DNA of 41,528 bases, taken from IMG/VR virus record IMGVR_UViG_3300042945_000290. One strand, given 5' to 3'. Positions 6,016-15,000 of the stretch are shown here, in pieces (the stretch's first letter is position 1; every line of letters begins with the position of its first letter). Source of the DNA: a virus. Under the pieces are notes generated by a model, which did not search any database, was not told the DNA's origin, and saw nothing but the letters and a program-made list of their open reading frames with translations. A program made the translations under genes and the position numbers.

Positions 6016-7908
6016 ATGTTGGAAAGACAATTAACACCAGAGGAAGCTCGTAAAGAACTTATCCTCTTGGTGCGCCAAGGGCGCACTATTGCTGATGGTT
6101 TAAAAGTTATTGGTAGATCCAGATCTTGGTATGATACCCAACGCCGAGAAGCCGAGGGCTTCTCAGCTTTAATTGATAATGCTCGGTTTAGAACTGCAGA
6201 CCTCGCTGGTGAAGCTCGGTCTAATTTGTCCGATTTCGCAGAGTTCTCTCAAAAGTATCTTGGTACTAAAGTACCGACCCACATGCTCAACGTTGTTGAC
6301 ATGTTGGAAGGCAGAGATCCTTCTTGGTTACATGATTCCATGGTTTATGAAAAGGGATCGGCGGGTCTATCCCGCCTCTTGGTAAACGTACCCCCTAACC
6401 ATGCCAAGACCATGACCATCACGATTAACTACGTAACTTATCGAGTAGTTAAGAATCCCAACATTAACGTCATGGTTATATCCAAGACACAAGAACAAGC
6501 AAAGAAGTTTTTGTATGCGATCAAGCAACGCTTGACGCATCCACGGTATGCCGACCTTCAGGTCGCCTTTGGTCCTACCGATGGTTATAAAGCAACCGCC
6601 GACCAGTGGTCGGCTACCAAGGTTTATCTTGGTGCTGATGTTCGTGAGTCAGATGCTAAAGACCCAACCATTGAAGCTATTGGTATGGGCGGACAGGTTT
6701 ACGGAAACCGTGCCGATCTCATCGTCCTCGATGACGTGGTCACTCTGAGTAATGCTTCAGAGTGGTCTAAGCAACAAGAATGGATTCGACAGGAAGTTGC
6801 CTCTCGTCTACCACCAGGCGGGGGTCAACTTCTTGTTGTCGGTACTAGAGTATCGGCAGTTGATCTATATAAAGAATTAAGAAATCCAAGCCACTACACC
6901 GATGGTGTACTCCCTTGGTCATATTTGTCCATGCCTGCAGTCTTAGAATATGCAGACGATCCAAAGGATTGGAAAACCCTTTGGGAAAAGACCGAAGAAC
7001 CTCTTACGGATACTGACGTACCCGACGAGAATGGTTTATTTGATCGATGGACAGGACAGCGTCTAACGGCTGTCCGTAACGAGGCAGGACCATCTAAGTG
7101 GTCACTGGTTTACCAGAACCTCGATATTGCGGAGAATGCAATCTTCGACCCGATGTGCGTCAGAGGCGCAGTAAATGGAATGAGAAAATCGGGTGCTTTG
7201 GTTGCAGGCGCAGCAGGACATCCTGAGAACTCTAATAACTTTTATAGAGTCATTGGTATAGACCCAGCAATGTCTGGGGATACCGCTGCTGTTGCCTATG
7301 CGGTTGATCGCAGAACACAAAAACGCTACGTCATGGATGTTCACATCATGACAGCCCCTACACCTGCAGCAATCCGTTCTCTAATCAAGGAGTGGACCGA
7401 TGTGCATAAACCACATGTGGTCATTGTGGAATCAAATGCCTTTCAGCTTTTCCTTACACAAGACGAAGAGATTCGTAACTTCCTGTCGACACGAGGAATC
7501 AATTACAGACCTCATTACACAGGAAACAACAAACAGGATCCCGAGTTCGGCGTAGCCTCACTCGCTCCTTTATTCGGCACCATTACCAAGCGGGATGGTG
7601 TCATGAATAACTTTAAGCATGCTGGCGATAACTTAATCGAATTACCAGATAGCTCAAAGAATGAACACGTAAAGAAGTTAATCGAACAACTTGTAACCTG
7701 GCAACCAGGAGTACAAGGCAAGAAACTCAAGATGGATGCCGTAATGGCATTATGGTTTTGTGAGATTGTAGCAAGAGAAACTTTACTTACTTCAGCAAAT
7801 GTACCTAACTTTATGAGTAATCAATTTACCACTAGAGGAGACATCGAGTCTCGGTACATCATCAACTTAGATGATCTAGCTGCATCGCAGCGGACTGCGA
7901 GATTGTGA
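6016..7908 (+). CDS. terL: Terminase large subunit with N-terminal HTH extension (631 aa from the ATG at 6016)
   Basis: Walker A-like VPPNHAKT, Walker B ADLIVLDD, and nuclease-domain motifs IGIDPAMSGD and VVIVESNAFQ. The N-terminal segment LILLVRQGRTIADGLKVIGRSRSWYDTQRR looks like an HTH. The start is uncertain: the SD GGAGG lies only 1 nt from this ATG, and the track start (TTG 5854) would translate the hairpin-rich region. Confidence 0.8.
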   Translation: MLERQLTPEEARKELILLVRQGRTIADGLKVIGRSRSWYDTQRREAEGFSALIDNARFRTADLAGEARSNLSDFAEFSQKYLGTKVPTHMLNVVDMLEGRDPSWLHDSMVYEKGSAGLSRLLVNVPPNHAKTMTITINYVTYRVVKNPNINVMVISKTQEQAKKFLYAIKQRLTHPRYADLQVAFGPTDGYKATADQWSATKVYLGADVRESDAKDPTIEAIGMGGQVYGNRADLIVLDDVVTLSNASEWSKQQEWIRQEVASRLPPGGGQLLVVGTRVSAVDLYKELRNPSHYTDGVLPWSYLSMPAVLEYADDPKDWKTLWEKTEEPLTDTDVPDENGLFDRWTGQRLTAVRNEAGPSKWSLVYQNLDIAENAIFDPMCVRGAVNGMRKSGALVAGAAGHPENSNNFYRVIGIDPAMSGDTAAVAYAVDRRTQKRYVMDVHIMTAPTPAAIRSLIKEWTDVHKPHVVIVESNAFQLFLTQDEEIRNFLSTRGINYRPHYTGNNKQDPEFGVASLAPLFGTITKRDGVMNNFKHAGDNLIELPDSSKNEHVKKLIEQLVTWQPGVQGKKLKMDAVMALWFCEIVARETLLTSANVPNFMSNQFTTRGDIESRYIINLDDLAASQRTARL

Positions 7909-9680
7909 CATTAATGATAGAACTACAACAAGCCTTTGAGCAACTAAAAGCTCGTAACTCCGAACGTGATAAGCGCATGCGTGAGGTAGCCTTAGTAAGA
8001 GCTGGACAATCAGATCAAGTATTTCGAGGATTATTTCCCGAAGGTGTTTGGTCACGTCCTATTATTGCCAACCTTATTGACGTAGTTGCCAGAGATGTTT
8101 CTGAACAAGTCGGTGTTCTACCTACCATTACTGCTGCTGGGGATTCATCATTAGATGACAACCAGCGTACCAAGGCTGACAAGCGTACAAAGATTGCTAA
8201 CTACTATGTAGCAGCATCCAGACTAGGTACAGAGTTACTGCGTGGCGCAGACCAACTAGCAACATACGGTTTCGTTCCTTTAAGGGTCGAACCAAACTTT
8301 AAAGATAAAAGACCCCACATCCATGTAGAAAACTCTATGGGTGCTTACTATGATATGGATCGCTTCGGTGTTGTAAACATCTACGCTCGTTTATATCATC
8401 GTAAGGCGGGAGATCTAGCAGCTCACTTCCCTGAGCATGCTAACCAAATTTTACAAACCAACACCTTTACTCGTGGTGATGGCAACTCATTACTACAAGT
8501 TGTGCGTTGGACAGATAAGAACAGAACAGTTTTATTTCTTCCAGACCGTGGAGGTTTAGTTCTTGCTACCACCCCAAACAAAACAGGCGTTGTTCCAATT
8601 GCTATTGCTCAGAGACCTTCACTTGATGGTGAAACCAGAGGACAGTTTGACGACGTATTACCAGTCTATGCAGCGAAGGCAAGACTTGCGCTCCTTACAA
8701 TGGAAGCTGTTCAGAAGTCTGTTGAAGCTCCTCTTGCTCTTCCCAATGATGTTACTTCTCTATCCGTTGGTCCTGATTCAGTCATTCGTTCTAACTCCCC
8801 TGAGAAGATTCGTCGTGTCAATCTGGATGTACCTCAGTACGCATTTGCGGAGAATAATGTTCTAGCAGATGAAATGAAACTAGGAACTCGCTTTCCTCAA
8901 GCTCGTGCAGGACAAGCAGAAGGTTCAGTTGTCACAGGTCAAGGTGTTAAAGCACTTATGGCTGGATACGATTCACAAGTTAAGATTTACCAATCAATTC
9001 TTGGCGAAGCAATAGGTCAAGCAATCTCATTTGCATTTGCAACTGATGAAGCTTACTTCACTGATCTAACTCGTGAAGTATCTGCAACAGCCAATGGAGT
9101 TCCATATAAATTAAAATACAAGCCAAGTTCAGACATTAATGGTAACTATGGCGTAACCGTTGAATACGGTTTAATGGCAGGTTTAGATCCTAACCGAGCA
9201 TTGGTATGGGGTCTACAAGCTCGAGGAGATAAGTTAATCTCTCGTGGAATGTTGCGTCGCAACCTTCCTATCTCACTAAATGCTGGTGAAGAAGAGCGAG
9301 CAATTGACATTGAAGAGATGCGTGATTCTCTTAAAGCTTCCGTATCGCAAATGGCTGCAGCAATTCCACAAATGGTTGCACAAGGTCAAGATCCAATGAA
9401 GATTGTTGAAAAGATGGCAAGTGTTATTAATGACCGCAAGAAAGGCATTGCCTTAGAAGATGCGGTAGCAAATGCATTTAAACCAGAACCAGCACCAAAA
9501 GAACAACCAGCACAACCAGGAATGCCAGAAGTTCCAGCAGGTCCTGAACCAATGGCTGCTGGTGGTCCAGCACCACAACTTCCACAAGGTAGACCAGCAA
9601 TGCAAGAACTTCTTGCAGGTCTTACAGGTGGAGGAAATCCAAATCTATCAGCGAGAGTTACTCGTCAAATACCAGCATAA
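7905..9680 (+). CDS. Portal protein (putative, 591 aa)
   Basis: It lies immediately downstream of terL with a GTGA overlap, and its size is typical of portals. Assigned by position and size only. Confidence 0.65.
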   Translation: MTLMIELQQAFEQLKARNSERDKRMREVALVRAGQSDQVFRGLFPEGVWSRPIIANLIDVVARDVSEQVGVLPTITAAGDSSLDDNQRTKADKRTKIANYYVAASRLGTELLRGADQLATYGFVPLRVEPNFKDKRPHIHVENSMGAYYDMDRFGVVNIYARLYHRKAGDLAAHFPEHANQILQTNTFTRGDGNSLLQVVRWTDKNRTVLFLPDRGGLVLATTPNKTGVVPIAIAQRPSLDGETRGQFDDVLPVYAAKARLALLTMEAVQKSVEAPLALPNDVTSLSVGPDSVIRSNSPEKIRRVNLDVPQYAFAENNVLADEMKLGTRFPQARAGQAEGSVVTGQGVKALMAGYDSQVKIYQSILGEAIGQAISFAFATDEAYFTDLTREVSATANGVPYKLKYKPSSDINGNYGVTVEYGLMAGLDPNRALVWGLQARGDKLISRGMLRRNLPISLNAGEEERAIDIEEMRDSLKASVSQMAAAIPQMVAQGQDPMKIVEKMASVINDRKKGIALEDAVANAFKPEPAPKEQPAQPGMPEVPAGPEPMAAGGPAPQLPQGRPAMQELLAGLTGGGNPNLSARVTRQIPA

Positions 9681-9693
9681 TAAGGAGAAACAA

Positions 9694-9843
9694 ATGATCG
9701 GAAAGCAAGGAAAGCCAGGAAAGGCTCCAACTTCAACTGCAATGATAGGCAAGAAGAATGGTGGCTCAGTTAAGGGTGGCGGAAACGTAAAGCAAGGAAT
9801 CACCCCTAAAGGCATCAAAGGCAATACAAACAAGCTTAAGTAA
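9694..9843 (+). CDS. small Lys/Gly-rich basic protein (49 aa)
   Basis: Strong RBS (TAAGGAGAAACAA then ATG). Product: MIGKQGKPGKAPTSTAMIGKKNGGSVKGGGNVKQGITPKGIKGNTNKLK. Confidence 0.55.
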   Translation: MIGKQGKPGKAPTSTAMIGKKNGGSVKGGGNVKQGITPKGIKGNTNKLK

Positions 9844-9870
9844 ATATTAAAGTATTAGTAAAGGATAACT

Positions 9871-11511
9871 ATGGCAGCCAAGACTCCCAAGAAATTTAGG
9901 CAGGCACGTAAGGCTGCCAAAAAAGACGCTAAAAAAGTTTTTAGTGGAAAGAAGCAAGCAGGGTTAAAAGATAAAAGCCCTCTTATGAAATTTTCCGCTG
10001 ATGACCAAAAGGCTCTTGATGATGTAAAGAAAGAAGCAAAAGGTAAGTTTATTACTGACGATAAAGGTAATAAAATTAAAACTACCAACATAACTTCTAA
10101 AGAAGCAGCAGCCGAATACAAGCGTGTTACCGATGCTCGTAACGAAGCATTTCGTTCCTCAATGCGAGCAGAGTTTGGTGAGTATGCTGGCAAAAAAGCT
10201 ACTCAAGCAGATTATGACTCTAATCCAAAGTTTAAGGATAGAGCACCTAAAGCTGCTCCATCTAAGCCAGCACCTAAAGTAACTGAGGCGGGTAAAGTTC
10301 GCAGTGCAGTAACTGCAACAGAGCCAAAGCCACAATCTTTTAAGATTGACAAGGATGGCAAGAAGATTAGACCTAAAGGATTTAAAACTGTTAAAAATGC
10401 TGGAGATGTTAGAAAAGCTGCAACAGCAGAAAAGAAAGTATTTAAATCAACCAAGACAATGGGTGAAATTAGCAAGGCAGTAGCCGATAAAACTAAAACA
10501 CCAGTTGTTAAAAAAGGTTTTGCTGCAGGTAAAGAACTTAATGCAGAAGGTAAAGCCATCTATGACAAACTTATTAAAGATGGTGTCAAACCTAAGTCTG
10601 CACTTAACAAGGCTTTATTCCGTCAGGAAAAGGGAGCAAAGGTAGCAGCTAAAGCTGCAGCACCTGTTGCTAAAGCAGCCAAGTCTGCTGCTACAGCGGT
10701 TAAGAAGCAAGGTCCAGTTAAGGCTCCATCTACCATGGGATCAATGGGAACAACTCGTCCAGAAGGCTTAACGCCAAAAGTACAAAAAGAAATAAAAGCA
10801 AAGTACAAAGCTTCTAATGCAGCAACTAAGCCTGCTGCTACACCTGCTGTTAAAAAAGCAGCTACTGTAAAGAAGGCAACTACTGTTAACAAAGCATCTA
10901 CCGCTAGTAAGGTAGGAAAAGCAGTTCTTGAAGCAGGCAAAGCAACAGCAATGATTGCTGGTCCAGGTAAGTTTCTTAAAATTGGTGGGCTTGTTAAAGG
11001 CGCAGTTACTGGAACTAAAGCAGTAAAGGTTGCTAAGGCAGCATCTGCTGCCAAGCCAGGAACTAAAGTTCTTGCTGCAAATACTGCACGTAAAGCAGCC
11101 AATGTTGAGAAGAAAGCAAAGAAGGCTTCTATGTCTAAGGGCAAGAAAGCACTTCGTGCTACAGGAATTACAGCAGGTCTTTATGGAATAGGATCACTTC
11201 CAGTCGGAGGCGGTAAAGGAAAAGAATCCGCTACCACAACTCCACGTCCTGTTCGTCCTGCAGGAGCACTTCCAAAAGGTGGAGGCAAGGGTCTTAAGTT
11301 TGGTCCTAATGTTCAAGTTAATGCAGGTGGATCAACTACATCTTATACAATTAAAAAGGGTGACACGCTTTCAGGTGTTGCTAAAACATCTGGCGTAAAA
11401 CTTTCAGAACTACTAGCTGCTAATCCAAAGATTGCCGACAAGAAATCTAAGTACAAAGGTGGCAGCATGGTTTGGTCAGGCACAAAGGTAAAAATTCCAA
11501 CTAAGAAATAG
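9871..11511 (+). CDS. Lys/Ala-rich histone-H1-like low-complexity protein with C-terminal LysM domain (546 aa)
   Basis: AKKAA/KAAK-type composition throughout. The C-terminus YTIKKGDTLSGVAKTSGVKLSELLAANPKIADKKSKYKGGSMVWSGTKVKIP matches a LysM domain. Confidence 0.85.
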   Translation: MAAKTPKKFRQARKAAKKDAKKVFSGKKQAGLKDKSPLMKFSADDQKALDDVKKEAKGKFITDDKGNKIKTTNITSKEAAAEYKRVTDARNEAFRSSMRAEFGEYAGKKATQADYDSNPKFKDRAPKAAPSKPAPKVTEAGKVRSAVTATEPKPQSFKIDKDGKKIRPKGFKTVKNAGDVRKAATAEKKVFKSTKTMGEISKAVADKTKTPVVKKGFAAGKELNAEGKAIYDKLIKDGVKPKSALNKALFRQEKGAKVAAKAAAPVAKAAKSAATAVKKQGPVKAPSTMGSMGTTRPEGLTPKVQKEIKAKYKASNAATKPAATPAVKKAATVKKATTVNKASTASKVGKAVLEAGKATAMIAGPGKFLKIGGLVKGAVTGTKAVKVAKAASAAKPGTKVLAANTARKAANVEKKAKKASMSKGKKALRATGITAGLYGIGSLPVGGGKGKESATTTPRPVRPAGALPKGGGKGLKFGPNVQVNAGGSTTSYTIKKGDTLSGVAKTSGVKLSELLAANPKIADKKSKYKGGSMVWSGTKVKIPTKK

Positions 11512-11518
11512 GTGACGC

Positions 11519-11938
11519 ATGTCGATGATTAATCCCGCTGCCGTTCCTATGCCAGGTCCAATGTCAAACAGAAGTGACTTGCCCCCATCACAAGGAGCAA
11601 AGCAACTTCCTAATGCAGCCTATGGCGAGCAAAAGCAATTCCAGGCAGAACAAGCAGCAGCACCAATGTCTAAAGCAGCAGATCCTTTGGCTAACATAGT
11701 TCCGCTAACTGCGGAAACACGTAGACCAAATGAGTTTGTTACTACAGGTGTTGATGCAGGTCCTGGTCCAGGTAAAGAAATACTTGGGCTTAACTCATAC
11801 GTAGATAATCAAGTAAAAGATTTAACAATGATGGCTAAATATATGCCACTAATGCAAGCATATGCAGATTCAGATCAATCATCAGGCACTATGAAAGCCT
11901 TTATTAAATTTATTCGGAGTCAAACAGGGAGTGTATAA
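11519..11938 (+). CDS. hypothetical virion-module protein (139 aa)
   Basis: AGGTGA RBS. Located in the structural block. Confidence 0.8.
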   Translation: MSMINPAAVPMPGPMSNRSDLPPSQGAKQLPNAAYGEQKQFQAEQAAAPMSKAADPLANIVPLTAETRRPNEFVTTGVDAGPGPGKEILGLNSYVDNQVKDLTMMAKYMPLMQAYADSDQSSGTMKAFIKFIRSQTGSV

Positions 11939-12097
11939 ATGAGAATCTTAAAGAAATTTGAGGAGAACCTTGAATATTTAGGATTTGATATGGCTCCTGT
12001 TGCTTGGGATCTAGCCCGAATTGATTTTGAAAATGATGATGAAAGATTTACTCTCCTTGAAGAGTTAACAACAAAGGGGAAGGCAATGAATGAGTAA
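11939..12097 (+). CDS. small acidic hypothetical protein (52 aa, not in ORF track)
   Basis: GGGAG RBS. The start directly abuts the upstream stop. Product: MRILKKFEENLEYLGFDMAPVAWDLARIDFENDDERFTLLEELTTKGKAMNE. It overlaps the next gene by 8 nt. Confidence 0.55.
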   Translation: MRILKKFEENLEYLGFDMAPVAWDLARIDFENDDERFTLLEELTTKGKAMNE

Positions 12098-15000
12098 GTG
12101 GTCAGGCTGGGGAGACACCTTTGCAAATGAACCAGAGATTGACACGCCATCTCCTGTAAAGAAATTTGTTAAAGAACAAGCAACTGAGGTTGTTGATAAG
12201 ACCAAGGCTGGAAAGATTGAAGCCAAGGCTGGTGAAGTCCTAACTAATGTTATTCAAAAAGGACAAGAAGGTAATATTTTTACAAGAAATCTTACCAACG
12301 TTGCACTAAGTGCAATGAATCTTGCATCTAAAGTTATTGTTCCAATAACTCAAGGTGCTTCTACTTTAGCTTTAACACCACAAGCGGTTGCTCGTGGTAA
12401 AGGTCTTAATAGTTTTGCTTACGCAAAAGAGAAATCTAAAGAGATCTCTATGGGTCAAGCTGTTGCTGCACCTATTGGTCAAGGAATTGGTAAGTTCATA
12501 CCAGGAGATATTGGTCCATCATTTACTGATGAGGGCTTTGATGTCTTTAACGACCAACAAAGAAACAAAGCATTCAAAGATGAATGGATTGGTATCTTTG
12601 CATCTGGGTCTACAGATCTAGCTCTTGCCACATTAGGAACTAAAGGTGCTAGGAATATAACTAGCGGTGCTAAGAATGCAGTAGTTGGACCAACTACAGT
12701 TCGCAATGGTGATCTAACCGCTTTTAGAGATAACCTTAAAGTTACAACTGATTGGGCTGCTCGTGCCGATGGCACTCCGCCACCAAATGGTTTAGCGGTA
12801 TTAGTGGACGATGCAGTAAAAGAAACAAACTTAACCAAGTTAGCTGCAAACCCACTCGTTACTGAAACAAATAATCCAGTAAGAACAGCAACAATCTTAT
12901 CTCGTCTTAATAACCACGATGATGTTGCGGATTATTTACTAGCAGAACGTGGTGATGCTGCAGCATTTACTAGATTCATGCAACGTCAGCCCCTAGAGGC
13001 AGACCATATTGATAACTTTGGTATCAAAGATTATGCACCATTAAGCGACTGGGATCAGATCAAGGATGAACACTTAACTCCAGATCTAACCAATCGCTAT
13101 AAAAGAATTATTGAGGCTAAAAAAGCTAAAGATAAAACTTTTGCAAGCGCATTAGATGATTTTGCATCTATGGTTGGCGAAGGTGAGCGTGTAGATTTCG
13201 TTCCAGGCAAGTTTGCTAAATACGAACAACTACAGTTAGCCAAGAATAAGGTTAAACTTCAAGCCAAGTATGGTGATTTAAAACTATTTGGTGAAGATGG
13301 TGGTCAGGGATGGCGTTCAAAGCTATACCAGAGCAATCAATACGAACGTGGCGTTCGTGTTATTGCATATGTTGGATCAGGTCGTCCTCAAGGACACATA
13401 AATATTTCAAACCCACGCAGGTTTGAGGCTGCATCAGACCTATTATCTGACTTAAACCGTCTACAGTTCCTTCGTGGTACCGAAGGTACCCAGTTTAAGC
13501 GTAAGCAAGTTGAAAGATTCCTTGCTGCACAGACAGATACTCAACGTGCTATCGCTTTAGCCAAGATCGAAGAGAGTGTATTCATTGAACTCGGTAGAAA
13601 GTACGGAGTTAATGAGTTACTAGATGTTGCTAACCCCAATCTTGCTAAAGAGAACGCAGCAATCATTGAACAAATTAGTAAATGGGTATCTGGCAAGACA
13701 GGAAGACGTCAGACTCTAAAGAAGTATGCGGTAGATAATGGAATGATCCCTGATGAACAGGGAACAATCAACATTACTAACAACTTTACCTCTATCTCTA
13801 ATGAAGCACAGACACTTCCAATGCTTGACTTCCGTAAACTAGAGACTGAAATCATTCTTCACGTAAATAGAGAATTAAAAGAAGGACCAATTACACCTGG
13901 TCAAGTCAAGAGTGCTAGATTAACTCAAACAGGTATGGCTTTAAGCCAACTGTTCGATGTAGCCAACATGGTATTTAGCAACTTAAACCTTCTGCGTATT
14001 GCATACATCCCAAAGAACTCTATCGTAGATCCTTTGGCTCGTGCATCCATGGCAACTGAAAGCCTAGAGCTATTTCGTAATGCCATCCCAGCAGTTAAGA
14101 ACGCTTTATACAATAACAGCGTCAGACTTACAAACTTATCCAAGTTTGTTCCTAACATGCCTGGCAATAAAGCCTATAAGGCTGAACAGCATGCACTAGA
14201 ACAGATTCGTCAAATATCTAGAGATAAAGAGTTCCCTAAATATATCAAAGCATGGGATGAATCTAAAGTAAAATTTGAGCAAGCGCAGAAAGAATTTGAA
14301 AAAGCCTTAGCGGTTCAAAAGAAAGCAGAGGCTGCTCTTGCAAAAGCTTCTAAAGCTAACAAGGCTAAAGCAACCGATGCAAAACATGCAGCAGATGATT
14401 TGGCAATTGAGGCAGAAGAGAATTTTCTTTCTATACAGACTGAGTTAAATCGTAATGCTCATATTGTTCAAGGTATTTCTTCATTAATTGAAAAGCAAAG
14501 AGCTAAGGTTGCTCCAGGTATTATCGCTCGTGGCGATAAGAAACAGCAAAAGCGTTTAGGTCAAGTTGCAGAACAATGGGAAATTGATGGTAAGACCTAC
14601 ACTATTAAAGGTTTACTAGATCCTAACCAACGTGGATCTCAGGCTTACATGACTGAAATCGATACCTTGGAAAACTTCTATGCAACTGGAATGCGCTCTG
14701 AAATCAACAATCGTTTACGTGCCGAAGGTCGTAGATTCGTAAGTATTGATCGTGCAGATAGCGAAGCTTACTTTAATGCCTTAGCCCATATTGCAAATCG
14801 CCAGATTCGTAACGAACTTGAGTTACCACTTGGCATGATTATGCGTGGTGATAAAGACGGAGATGTCCTTAATTGGATTTACCAATCTGGAAACGCAGGA
14901 CGTGAATGGCGTCGCCGTATGGCAGACAGAGGATATACAACCAAGGATGAATACATTACTTGGATCAGTGAAACTAAAGACAAGCTTCTTACAATGTATC

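Noticed and set aside
9855-11144. Long minus-strand ORFs (9855..10193, 10212..10559, 10623..11144) antisense to the Lys/Ala-rich gene
   Set aside because: AAG/GCN-rich sense codons produce stop-free antisense frames, and the products are Leu/Ala/Phe low-complexity sequence. They have no RBS and sit on the wrong strand for the operon.
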